DNA of 64,000 nt from Pseudogymnoascus verrucosus (lineage: Eukaryota): NCBI GenBank assembly GCA_001662655.1, contig KV460238.1; one strand, given 5' to 3'. Below the pieces are notes generated by a model. The model saw only the letters and a list, made by a program, of their open reading frames with translations. It ran no database searches and had not been told where the DNA came from. Positions within the stretch are counted from its first letter, which is position 1. Each line of letters starts with the position of its first letter. A program made the translations under genes and the position numbers. This document shows positions 37,225 through 50,400 of the stretch, one piece after another.

Positions 37225-40200
37225 TCACGTAATAACAGGATCCAACAAATCAATCATCGCCTTGCTCAAGCTCTTAAAATCAACGGGCTTCGTCACATAA
37301 CTGTTGAACCCGGCCGACACGCACTTGTCCAGAACGTCCACCATCACGTTCGCCGACAGCGCAATGATCGGCATGCGCGGGTATCCTTGCTCCCGCTCCC
37401 AACTCCGAATCTCGCGACAGGTCTGGTACCCGTCCTTTCGCGGCATGTGGAGATCGCACTGTGAAGAGAGAGTGAGTTAGCTCGTGTTCTGTAGGCCAAG
37501 GAGGTTATGTCTGAGAGGTTGGGAGGGGAGGAGGGGACGTACAAGAATAAGTGAATAAAAGTCGTGTGGCTTTGCGAACACTGTTTCTGTGCACTCGACA
37601 CCATCCATGGCCTTTTCTACATGAATTCCTACTTTGCTGAGGAACTTCAAGAGGACCTTCTGATTGACCAGATTATCTTCCACTAGTAAGACCTTGAGAC
37701 CCTTGTTCCCGAGCCGCTTCTCCACATCGAGGTAGTTTTGCTTCTGGGATGCGACAACATGCTGAGCACTCGAGCGGTTGCGATCCGTACTCAAATCCCT
37801 CTCCTTGTCCGGATCGAAGATGACAGCGAACCTCGACGGCTTCACCGGTTTGTAGATGAAGTTGAGCCGACCGTGCTTTGCCAGCTGGTCGTAGTCGTGG
37901 TATGTCGCCTTCTTCATGACCGATTGACGCTGGACGGGGTCGGAGAGGATAACGATGGAAGTTTCGGACATAGATGGCGTGTGGAAGATCTGGTCCATCA
38001 TGATAATTATGTTCTCCGGTAACCGTAGGTTTAAAACTATGTGTGTAAAGATAATAGGGTCGTCGCCGGAGAGAAGTTTCTGTGCATCTTCGTGACTGGC
38101 CACAGGCGTAATCTGATAGGGTATATTTTTCGGAAGGGTCATCTCGATATGTTTCTTCGTCGCTTCGCGGCTGTGTGTTTGCGGACATACGACAAGGATA
38201 GAATATAATGGTGGGCGGAAGAGCTTCGTATGTTCGGGGAGAGGGAGAGACGATGCGCTAGACTGTGGTGAAGGCACGCTGTGATCGGTCGAAGCCTGTC
38301 GACTCTCCGGCGGCGATAGCTTCATCGTTGTCGAGTCTTGCGAGCCAGTTCGAGCGGACTGATTGAATTGGCAGAGGCTGTGACTTCCAGACGACCCTGA
38401 CGAGTGCGTTGCCAGAGTGCGCAATGAAGGACTTGACGGGTTTGAGCTGTTCCACGAGATATTCTGTGGGGAGGTAGCGGCATTCTCGGCACTCGGAGGA
38501 ATGGTAGGGGGCGACTGTGTCAGCCCAGAATTTAAAATCGAAGGACCAGGTCTTGCGGTGCTTGATACTTCTGGAGCACTCGAAGTTTGGCTTTCAGTCG
38601 TTCTCTTCATTAGTGGCGTCGTTGGCGGCTCTGGATGGTCGTCCTCGGTCGGTAGACCAAACTTAGCAGTGAAGATGAAAGTCGAACCCTTGCCTGGGAC
38701 AGCGGTACCATCCATATGGCCACCATGGAGCTCAACCAGCTGCCTCGATATGACGAGGCCCAAACCGCTACCACCATGTTGACGTGTACTGCTGCCGTCA
38801 ATTTGACTAAATGGCTTGAAGATAAGGTCGGCCTCCTCCTTTGTGAAGCCGCGTCCAGTATCCAAAATGGAATATTCCAGCATAATCTCGTTCTCATTAA
38901 GGAAGGCGTCATTATCGTGATAAACACGGCAGGTGCTGAAGACCTCGCCCTCCGTAGTAAACTTGATTGCGTTGCCAATGACATTCAGTAGGACCTGCCT
39001 AATCCGGACTCTGTCGCCCTTCACCATGGGAGGAACGTCGCTGTCAACTACGTAATTCAGCTCCAGGTGTTTGGAAATCGCCATTGTCGAGACGAGTTCG
39101 TTGACGTCTTCAATGAGTGACGAGGTGTGGAACCACTCATACGAGAGCTTCATCATCCCCGCGTCAACCTTTGACAAATCCAGAATGTCGTTGATGATCA
39201 TAAGCAAACTGTTAGCACTCGTCTGTATGGTATTTGTATAATCAAGTTGCTCCTCGTTGAGCACCGTATCCTGAAGGAAGCTGACCATTCCAGAAATTCC
39301 AATTAATGGCGTACGGATTTCGTGTGACATGTTGCTCAAAAATTTGCCCTTCGATTCCATGGCCTCTTTCAGCTTCGTTTCGAGAAGCTTGTGGTCATTG
39401 ATGTCAGTGCACGCACCGAACCACGAACCAGCGCCGCTCCCAAAGTTGATATTGTCGACCTCAACACATCGGACAAGATGCCAGCGGTACTCTCCCGACT
39501 TTGCCCTGAGGCGGATCTCCGTTGTGTAGGATAACCTCCCGTTGCTATCAGTCGTGACTTTGATGACGCCGTTCCTGGCAAGCTCTGACAAATCGGCGCT
39601 AGGAAGCTCATACACGGACTCGCTGCTTGAGCTATTCGTCCGCGACAGTGCCTGGTGCATCCCCTTTACTGTGTTTTCTGTGGCAGTCGACACGTTAGAG
39701 TGACTAGTCGTCCTTGAAACCTTCTCGGGCGAAGGAGGCATAGCTGCATCGAATGCACGACGGGATTTTCTAGACGAAGGAGTTGGTCGCGTGTCGGTTG
39801 GTATGCGACATCTTGCTAGGTCATCGGGGTGGACAAAGTCCATGAAGCCAAGACCAAGGACGTCGTCGAACTCCTGGCCAGTGTAAGATAGCCATTGCTC
39901 GTTGGCGAAGGTGATACCTTCATCCTCTGTAGCAGCGAAGATAATCTGGGGGATAAGGTTGGCGAGAAGTCGATGCTTGGCCTCCGAGGCTTCAATCTCC
40001 TCTTGCCTCGCAGCTTTGACTTCAGCGATGTGCTGGTCGTGAATGTCCATGTATGAACCGTACCACTGCACAATTACCCCTCGAGTATCCCGGCCGCCGA
40101 CTGCACGAGTATAGAACCACCTATAATTGCCATCAAACCTTCTGATGCGTACTTGCATAGAGAATTGTTCGCCAGAACGAATAGCATGAGTCCACGCCTT

Positions 40201-43200
40201 AAGGTAATCTTCGCGCTCATCTGGATGGATACTGCTCCATGGATCTTGGTGCAGCTCTGTGACTGTCTGTCCGCGGAATGTGAGGTATCTATTATTCACC
40301 CACACTATCTCGCCAGTTTGGGGAAGCGCCACAAACAAATGTGCGGGAAGTGTATCGAGCATTAGCGTCTTCAGACGATCCGAAGGTGGAGGCATATCAA
40401 CTGGCCCATACATGGACCCAGACCGGGATGGTGGGCTTGTTCCCAAAGCCCATGATGCTTTGTTTGGCGTTGTCATCGACGTCGGCTGCAGTGATTGAAA
40501 GGTTGATGCAAAATCCGCCCCGTACGAATGTAGCTGGGTGTGTTGTCGCTCAGACCGATTTATATTTTGCGAACTCGTCGCTGTCCGCAGGGCTATGCGC
40601 CGTGGCGACATCGTAGATTCGCTGCCGCCAGCCCTGTTTTTACCAGCATCTCGAGCCTCTCCAGTGTCCGTGCCTTGTTCCCTAGCGCCTTCGATTCGAA
40701 CATGCCTTGCTGTCCCTGTCATCTGGGGTTCCGTTGAAGAAGCATCTGATTCTTGTCTTGACTTTGCCGAATAGATACCTTCCCTCTGATCACCAGCCGC
40801 CTGCTCAGAGGCTTCCTTCTCATCGCGGAGTGCTTTCAGTGCCTGTCTCGCATCCGGAGGCGAATAGTCCTTCGAGGACCTCCTTGCGCCTGTAACACTT
40901 GCCGCTGATCCGGTATCAAGCCGACCTACGCTGGGCCTTGTCTTTGCACTGGATTTTGCGCCAAAGTACCCATCCCCTCCTCCACCTCCAAAGAAGCCTG
41001 GGCTATTCGCAGATGGTTTCCTGTCCATAAAAAGCCCCACACTTCCCGGATCCCAGAGGGGCGTGCCTGGTGGGGAGCCATGAACGCTTCTTGACTGGCC
41101 AGAATAGTCGCTTGGGCTTGTAAGGCTGCCAGCTCCTGATGTTTGGAAGGTCTCGTCCTCTGTTGGCGAGAATTTGGCCGACGTTCGTTCATTGGTAGTT
41201 CGGTTTACGTTTTGCGCAACCGCGCCAAATCCAGAGTTGTGTGGTCGCCTTCGAGACAACCCTGCGATCTCGTTCTCCAAATTCGTGTAATGCCTGCAGA
41301 GAGAAAAGGATGTTGCCAGATGGGGCGCTAGGTGCGCTAATGAGCGGCGGAAATTTGACGGATATGGAATAATAGGGCTGAGGATGGATATAATTGCTAT
41401 AGGCAACTTCTTTTCTCTTATTGCAGGTTGTGCTTTAGGCGTTGTCTCGGTCTCATCCGTTTTGGATGGCTTTCCTCGTCCAGCATACCTTGAATCCATG
41501 ATGGTGGAGTCAAGGCGGAAAGTCTGAACGGACTTCGAGAGCAAGACGTGGTATAGAGGTATATGCAAGACACTACATGACCGATCGATGCCAATAGATT
41601 CCAGCTGCTGTGTGCTGGAATAATCCTGAGGGGTTTGTGTTGGGTTAAACGACTCCTCATCGATTTTGGCATCTGCGAAAAATGGGTTTTCATTCGGATC
41701 TGCTCGCACGGCAGGAGATGGCGCTGGAGATTGTGACCATGGCGACGGAGGTGCTTGTTCATGTTCTTCGTATCTGAGGTTCGACGGATCCATTCCCAAA
41801 TCTTGTGCATACAGCCCCAAACCGGACAGCTTTGTGCCCCCGCTTGCCTGGCCCTTGGCGGTACGGCCAGAGTGCCATGGAGACTTGTGTGTATTCATAG
41901 CAGATTGGGACCTTGATAGGGGTGACGGCCTTCCCTTCGAACTCGAGTCACCGATTGACTCGTGCAACTTGGAGTTTCTCAGCGCAGCCTTGCTTGCGTT
42001 TAAGTCGGCTTCGTTGCTGTCGATGAACGGGAAGTCTCTTGTCAAGGCAATTACCTTGCCTCGCTCCAATACCCTAGTCACCCCAGCGCTATCAATTAGG
42101 GAGTCTGCTTCAAAGTCCAGTGCCTGGAGAACTGGGAACACCCTCCCCTTTGTCTCCCGCGCACTTGTGTCATGGCTCTCCCAAGATGACGGTGGCCTTC
42201 TTGCTTCTTCTTCGGCTTGCTGGCCCTCGAGTTCTTGTAGATCTAATTGTACATCGCGGAGGGTTTGCGCACTGTTACCGGCTCCCGCGCGAGGATGTTG
42301 GCTTGACGGCCCTCCCAGGTAGCTTTTGCTTCGTGACAGCTGTGGGTTGGGCCTAGCCTCTTGTTTTGCGGCGTCCGTTCGAGACTGTGGTTGGCCTTTG
42401 GTGTCATCAATAGTCGTAAATGAATGCCTGGAAGGCAGACCGGGATGTGTGGCGCTTGCTGGAGGCATGGAAAAAGACCCAGGCTCGTCAGCATTGACGG
42501 ACTCGGAATTAGAGGTATTATATGTCCCGCCAGTGCTCGGACCCAGACTGCTTCCCCGCGGCAAATATGATAAACTGAACGCATCCTCTTGAGCCGCACT
42601 GTATGTTGCTTTTTGTCCCCATGGAACATTTTCTACATCGGTAGAATCTGCTGGTATTGATAGCGTCACGCGATCGGCTTTGTAAAGGTCTCGCATTATC
42701 TCAACCACAGAATTCCACCACGGGTCCAATCCGGGCTCTGCAGAAAGAAGCAGGCTGAGGTCGTATAAATTCGGGTTGGGAAAGTTGATGTCCTCCTTTT
42801 GGTAATTTTCTTCTGGTGGTTGGAAATTGGAGATTGAGGAGGGTGTTGCTGAACCGGATAATATTTGTTCTCGTGTGTCCATATAAGACCCCCCGAGATC
42901 CCTGCCAGGCACAACAGTCGGCGAAAGTGTAGTGAATGGCTTATGCCCACCCAGAAAGCTTGAGGTCTTCATCGGAGGGAAGGGATATGACGGCGTCCGT
43001 GTAGCGAGGGGCGCTGGGGTCTCTCCTCGAACAGTCTTCACCGACTCCGTCGAACTTGTCGCCGTATCCATAGGGCTCGCAAACGCGGCCTCGAGCGACG
43101 GCGAATTTGTTACTTCCTCATGGATGGGGGATACTCGAGATTTGCCGCCTGCTTTTTCACCACTTTTTTCTCCTCGTTCCAGCTCCGGCTTCACCAACTT

Positions 43201-43632
43201 CTCCCGCTTCTGCGTTAGCCTCAGCTGAAAATCCATCGCTTCTCGGAGTCGCTCGAGCTCCTCGCTAGAATTTTTGCCTCCTTTCCCCTGCAGCGGTGGC
43301 CCTTCCTTGCCATTTCGCTCTGCGGGTTGTGGCGATTTTTTGGGTGCGCCGCCTTCCTCTGGTACGGTATCGCTGGCTCGGTGTCCCGTCTGCGTGTCGC
43401 CGGTCGCGGAAACCTCGTTGCCCTTACTTGTCGTCGCCATGCCAGAGGAAGGGCCCGATGGTATCTCTGGCAGCCTCAATATTGGAGCATCCCTCGGGCT
43501 ACGCTTTGGCGAGGACGAGGCATGCGATTCCTTCTTGTCGCTACTCGATCGCCGCGAGTTACTTGGTCGTCGGGAATGGGTGTGCTGCCGTACGCTTGGT
43601 GTCCCAGAGGGCGATTGTGGCGTTTTGGGCAT
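37225..43632 (-). CDS. Hybrid sensor histidine kinase with PAS/PAC, HisKA, HATPase and receiver domains (probably group V, HHK2/NIK-2-like)
   Basis: PAS 'WSSIHPDEREDYLKAW', 'FVHPDD'; H-box 'FLSNMSHEIRTPL'; N-box 'NVIGNAIKFT'; 'DTGRGF', 'GGSGLGL'; receiver 'LLVEDNLVNQ..CDLHMP..TKPVD'. Last intron ~37540-37460. Confidence 0.92.
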
Positions 43633-45919
43633 GCCGCTTCCCCAGTCCACCACACTTCAACGGCTTACGACGAGGAAGAAGACACGCGCCAAATCACGAT
43701 GGGGGTCGTCGTTGAGGTAGTATTGATGTTGTCTGTGTCGCAAAGATCGCAATTCGTTGGAGGTTCAGGAAATCTGCGGTGTTGGTGGCCTTGGTTTGAA
43801 GGTGCCGGGGTGGCTGTGGGCTTATGACGTCGTCAGGGTGCCACCCGGAACAGAATCTGAGGCGAACAGCGGGACCTGAATAAGGGGCAAAAGCGCGGAC
43901 ACAGCACCCAAGACGCAAGCCTCATAACGCAGAAATGAGTCTCTAATAATAATTAACACGGTATACTCCTAAAATCGTAGTTATAAAGGCGCTGCAACGT
44001 TTTTACATTTCTATCTTGTGGGAAAAAGCACTGGTTGACGACTTGGTCAGACGTCTTGAGCCTGGTCGCCGATCCACGCTACGAGTAGGGTGGTCATCTA
44101 GGGGTGTCGACCCAAACAAACCGCCCACCGTGCGACGAGTCGAGCGTTACCGTGGGAGAGAGGCACTCATGATACGAATACCCTCAAACAATATTATAAT
44201 ATTGTGAGGACAGTGAAGCAAGGGATAAAATGTCTGTGAGGGTGTTGCTGTTGGTCCCTTTGCACGTTCTACGATAGTAAATATGCTAATTATGGCTGTA
44301 GCAACGAACACCAACGACCTCTTTTCTCCGTCAAAATTGTATGGTAACCCCCACGAACAAATATCAATATGAGATGCATAAGTGTTCCAGATATTATTAC
44401 CTGGGTCCCTTCACCGTCTACCCGACAGAAGGAACAAGATATGTATATCAAAAAAATTCGAACTCCCACAAGACAGAAAAGTTAAAGACGAGCAACTTCC
44501 ACCACTAACCCCGGAGTATTTCCCTCATAGGCATCGCTGAACCCTGCGCTACTCTCCGAGTCTAGCATGGCTATCCTCCCCGCCATCGACCGGGCCCTTC
44601 AGCGTCCCCTCTCCATCGACAAAAAGTCCACAGTTATCCGCCCGACAGCCTGGCTCAAGTGGCTCCTCCTCCGCCTTTCTGGGTTCCGGGCATCACGAAC
44701 GGCGCAGGTACGATGCACATAGAAGGCCGGATATCTTTCTCCGTTCTCTGTGTTCAAGACCCGGAAGGCCTCTTGTTTAACGTTAATATCGGCAAGCCCG
44801 TCGCGACAATGCCCGTGTCTGAGCACAACTGGCATTGTACGGTCATTATCGTTTCTGCACACAAGACAACTAACTTAAGATTACACCGAACCACTGGCTT
44901 TCGCTCCTCCACGCGGGCAACGACCTGCCTTTCTCCTTCCCTCGTTCGCCTTCCTTTTCGTACGCCGTATTCGACAGCAAAATCTAACAAACACTCGCCA
45001 ATCAGACCCCACGCCAACGTCACCGAGCGCAGGCATTCTCACCACCATGCCCATGCTACAGGACCAGCATAACCTGCAAAATCGCCCAGAACCACGCCAG
45101 ACCCGCGTCCAGCGACCAGCTGACACCGTGACACCCCCATCCCGACCAAGTAAATAGCGGCAGAAAAGGCCACTTATCCTCCACTTATCCCCCACCGCAT
45201 AATTCCCCCGTAACCCGGCCAAGGGCGACTGAGACATTGATCGCGGACGCTCGGTACGGCACAGTAGTAGTTTACTACTGTAACCATCACAGTAATCCTG
45301 CGGCTGGGTCCATTCCGTAATCCATGTCGTACATCAGCCCCTTCACCGTGCTTCCTTCACCACTCAAACTACACAAGAAAAACCACTCAACAACAGCGTT
45401 TCCCCAGCCGCCAAGTCTCCCTCACCGCATCCCTGCTCATGACATCAGCGGCTTGACCGCCAAGGCCCTCCCCAGTCCCAGACGCATGGGTCAGCGACGC
45501 CCAACACGTCGATCATCACCCCATGTGTTCCGCCTGTCTCCATTCCTTCCCCGGCCACGCTCACATCACGCTAAGACCTGCATATGGTCACGTGTCATCC
45601 CCATTCCACACCGTACTCGCTGCATGACCGTGGTCCTGCATTTGTTCCCATTTCTTCAATAAGCAAACAAGGCTCCAAGTGAACGCCGGTCAGGGCAGCC
45701 ACAAGAATCCCCACGCTCGTCAAAATAACTCAGGGTCCTCCCCTATCAGCCGGGCACCACGGCACTATTAACGGTCCGCACACCGTCTCCGGCCGAAGGC
45801 GGCCTAGGCGGCTAGCTACTATGTACTCCTGTACTTGGCAAAGTCCCCCAAGAGTGAAGAGAGCTCATCTCTGCAAGTCCGCTAGCAGCACAATATCGTG
45901 GAAGAAAGTAATATGCGTA

Positions 45920-46287
45920 ATTGAGAAGGATGTGGAAGGGATATGCGTAATAGACATTTACATAGCAAATTAAATAAAATCGCAACTTTCTTCATTTTCT
46001 ACACCTGTAATAGATGCAACTGTTTCACCTTTTTTGGTAATTAATAACTTTATAACACTATAAAATTTAAATGCTTCTAGCATAAGTAGTATTATGTATA
46101 TATATATAGTCTATTAAATTTTAGGAACTTTAATACTGCATTTAGGTAGTTTATATATGTTTTTATTTAATGAATTCTACTACATTTCTATCTGTTTATA
46201 ACCTTAAGTCGTGTTACATATAATTTACTATAGAAAGGTACCTACAATATTTGGCGGTCGGTTACGCATATCGCTTCCACCCACAAT
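45920..46287. mobile_element. MITE-like element, 368 bp, TA-flanked (Tc1/mariner-derived?)
   Basis: Inverted repeats gtggaagggatatgcgtaa (45932-45950) and ttacgcatatcgcttccac (46262-46280) match 18/19. Both ends read TA|ATTG inward; the interior is very AT-rich and non-coding. Confidence 0.6.
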
Positions 46288-46907
46288 TAGTCCGCGCTAT
46301 TCCTGAAGCGGAATGGCCTTCCCCGGCGGCGCGATGCGGACGACACATGTCAATTCCCGCCTTCGACGCCACCCATCGAAGAGTCGATAATGCCGTGGAT
46401 CGGATACGCGTAGGGCGAGCGGTCGGGAGGGCGGAGGGTAGTCAGAGAGAAGATGAGGCTATTTTTATCCTTCGTTAGGTGGTTTAAAGTTGTGCAATCC
46501 CGCTTCTAGACCTCGAACGCTCATGAACGTCCTCGTTTCCCTACAAGTATACGTGCCATCGCAAAACGCGAAGGTGCACGGGCCTAGCGCATTGTAAGGC
46601 GGAGAGTAGTATTGAACCGCTCTTCTTAAGAGAACAACTTTAAACTAAGACGGAGATAGCGAGATTGATGGGCAAAATTGCATGTGTAATAGGAAATAAA
46701 GCCGTGGAGTCTTGCTGCACTCTCTAACGCTGCTGCCTATAACGTAATTATTGAGCTGGGAAATGGTAGCTAGGGACTTGGCAGCGCTTAGCTGGTTTAT
46801 AGCGCTGTTGAACTGTTTGGACAGGTCGTCCCATAAGTTCCGCAGCGCAATTGTAAGTTATTCCCCCTTCCTTTTTAGGAGGTGGATTTTAACCTAGTTA
46901 AACTATA

Positions 46908-47042
46908 GGGGTTACATTCTCAATAAGCTTTCAGTAGTGCAAATCGACTCGCCGAGGCTCTCGGGGATACATCCTCAATAAGCTTATATTGTGTAAATCG
47001 ATTCGCTGAGGCTCTTGGGGATAGCTTATCTATGGCAAAGTG
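46908..47042 (+). repeat. ~55-bp tandem repeat, two units plus a partial third
   Basis: ggggttacattctcaataagctttcagtagtgcaaatcgactcgccgaggctctc / ggggatacatcctcaataagcttatattgtgtaaatcgattcgctgaggctctt / ggggatagcttatc.. Confidence 0.8.
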
Positions 47043-47461
47043 AAAATTCTCTTTACTGTATACAAAAACCTACAGAGGTGTATCGCCTTACATTTTACAT
47101 AGGATCGATACATAATTTTATGCTATAGTGCACACATTCTAGAATTCCATGCCTAGTACAAAACTTTTGGACAATATCTCCGTATATCCTTTGGCGCATC
47201 CTTCAGCGCCACTAGTTCCAACAAAATCCAACAGGTCCAACAAAACAACCTTACCTTCGATGCATTTGTAACGGGACGCAAAAACTAGCGAAATAATAAT
47301 GCCGGTGAGCAAGAAATCTCGATTAGAGCCAGAGTTTGTCAACCCCTTATATAGTACCCATTGCCAGCGAAATTATATTTTGGTCGACCATTGTCAAGGT
47401 TCCATAGGTGCCTTCGCAGTCTGACCTTCCCTATACTCAACACTTGTTATAAATCCCTAAA

Positions 47462-50400
47462 ATGGGTCCCCTCTTGCATCTAACTGCTGTGTGGCTAGGG
47501 ATAATCAGCATTGGTATGTTATGATACTTTATATAGGGCCACGTCTGACAGTTGAAAGTGTTGGTCTCGCCTGGGGATGCCTCGCCTACATCCGCTGTCA
47601 ACCCCGCGTCAATCGCTGCCGATCAACTAGCAGTCCCCTTAGAACCCGCTCTAACGACGCCGAACGGCACTATCATCAAAGTGGTAGCAACTAACGATGA
47701 CAAGCCCTCCCTTGAACAAAGCTTCCTCTACAACGCAACCAACTTCAACATCAAGACCAGACCCCGGGACGCAATACCAACATCTGCCGACGAGAAGACG
47801 CTCCTTAAAATCCGCAATGAGGAGTCAGTTCTCAAAAAGCGCCGCGAAGAGCAGTATGCACATGCTCCCATGTCAGATCAAATTTCACGCTTCAGACGGG
47901 GACCTAGGACGCCTCTCATAAAAAGAGCTAAGGCCAAGATGATGATTGTGGGAGACAGTATCTCACAGGGCATGGAAGGAGATTGGACCTGGAGGTATCG
48001 GCTCTGGGAGTGGCTCGACAGCCAAAGCGTAGACTTTGAGTTTGTCGGTCCCTGGAAGGGAACTCGTGAGCCGGCAAACCCGGCACCGGTATGTCCATAG
48101 CTTTTCTGTTAGCTAACAGGCAGATGGCGGGTTCTCGGCTGACTGTGATGCGATATAGCCCGCAAGGCCCCGTATGGAAGGGGATCCGCTGCCCGACGAG
48201 CCGCCTATGGTCTATGGAGGCTACGCTGACGACGTTAACACTCGATTCCAACAATCCCATTTCGCACTATGGGGTCGTCAAGCAGCACAGACTAAAGGGG
48301 AAATCCAGAAGATGGTAGCAGACTATCAGCCAACGCATCTCTTGGTTTTACTTGGCTTTAATGATCTTGGGGTAAGCATTTCTTCTAGAAAATAACTCGC
48401 ATACTCAAGCGGACCGACGTGATTCCGTTTCTTTTTACAAATGCAAAGGCTAACAGTGTGGTATTAAGTGGTTCGTCACCGGCCCCGATGGAACCCTTGC
48501 CAGCATTAAGTCTATCGTCGACAATGCTCGTGCTGCGAATCCGAACATTAACATTATCCTTGGTGACGTTGTACAGCGGAAGGCCATCAGCATCCGTGCA
48601 GATCTGCCTAAGATTACCGATGAGTATAACGCACTATTAAGAGATGCTGTGCCCAAGTGGAACACTCTAGCGTCACCGATAGCAATGGCGTATATTCGTG
48701 AGTATTTCATTAGTGCGGTTCTAGCTAGAACTTAGCTAACGGGTTCTGTAGGCGACACCTACAGCTGTGAAACGCAGGCCTGCCCTTCAGGCTATGATGG
48801 ATTACATCCGAACGCCCGGGGAGAGTATCAAATTGCCCGTGCATTCAGCGTAGCACTTTTCTACGGATTTGGGATTGGTGCATCTCCCCTCTCGATACCT
48901 GCGAACTTTCCAGGCAGAGATACTCCGGTATGTGTCTAGCATCCTTAAATACCCAGATATGTAACTAACATCATGTTCTATGATAGGTACCGTTTAATGT
49001 AGTGGCATCCGCCTCTCCATATGGAATTACAGTTACATGGACCAGAATTTATGGAGCGCGAAAGTACGGTGTAAGAAGCAGGTACTGGGGCCTTACGGAT
49101 TGGGAAGAGAGTTCCGTCCTTACTAATCGAATTGATAATACGTATGTTAGCTTATTATCTCTGAATTCTGCTTCTCTCCTTGATTATATATAAGAAGCTA
49201 ATTACTTGTCAATTTAGGTGGGTAATAAACGGTTCGCACTACGAATATCAGGTTCGTTGTCCACTTTGACTACCCTGTCCCATCTTATAATAACATTTTA
49301 ATCTTAATTCAGATCCGTGTCGATAACGAGTTCGATGGAACGTCTGACTGGTCTGAGGTAGTTGATGCAGTTGCTGACCCGGAAACGATTAGAGGTCCAT
49401 CAATCATCAAGACTTTGCCTACAGCAACCGGTGCCCAAGTATCCTGGAATGCTGTTGAAGGGGCGGAATTCTACGTTGCCCTTCTTTTTGATTCCAATAC
49501 ACCTGGATCGTGGTTAAGTGAAGTTGTGGTCAAGGGCCTATCATACACTTGGGAAGCGCAAAATGTAGGTCGTCGCCACGTTGTTGCTGTACAGGCCTGG
49601 AACAGTGTCGGCGGTGGCCTCCCTGCTGTAGGCAGAAGTGTCATTCCAGGAACCGCAGATAATGTAGCAGCACCTACCTCTCTCCTAATTTACTCGTTGG
49701 ATCCAACTACAGTGGTAAGCTGCAGACCTCTTAGGCCCCTTACCATTCTTTGGACCTAACAATACTAATTCATTGAGTAGAAAGTATACTGGTGCGGCGA
49801 TTGCAATCAAACTTCATACGTTCTTTACATCCGCTCCCTTAAAACGGATCTAACACAGCTCGGCGACTGGAAAGGAAGCAACGTTAGTGCAAGTTCCTCA
49901 ACAACAAATGTTGCTTCCGCTGAAGTTGCTTTCTTGTTTCCTGGTGTTTGGAATTACGAGTTCGCTGTCTCTGGTCTCAATGGTGACCTCGAATCACCTA
50001 TGTCATACGGACTTCAAGCCGCCCATCCTCCCGATTCAGTTGGAAGTGGTAACTGCGAGAAATACTGTATAATGGCGCTGCCTGAGCCTGATCCTGTGCC
50101 CGAGACAAAGCCAGGCACACTTCCCTACAACCCCGTGCTCGGCGGTCCTGATAGAGACTTGTCCGACCAAATATGCGCTATGACATGGCAGACTACGAAT
50201 CCACCCACCTTAGAGAAGGCTATTATCGTCAGTAAAACCTGGTCGGACAGTCGTGCTGGCGAGTATCTGGACGCCTACCTCATGAAACTCGATAACTCTA
50301 TCGACAAAACTGACGACTGGTTTGTACCCTTCGTTAAACAATCAATTCGCTCTTGTTCCGCTCAAGAAAATGGCGGCACCACCGTCGACTGCGGCTTCAT

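Noticed and set aside
43700..45900. Short ORFs in the long region upstream of the histidine kinase
   Set aside because: No coherent gene model or recognisable motifs; treated as promoter/5'-UTR sequence.
47023..47052. gcttatctatggcaaagtg resembles the middle of a 5S gene (minus strand), including the part missing from the split 5S
   Set aside because: Short, no other 5S parts nearby, and equally explained as the degenerate third unit of the local 55-bp tandem repeat.
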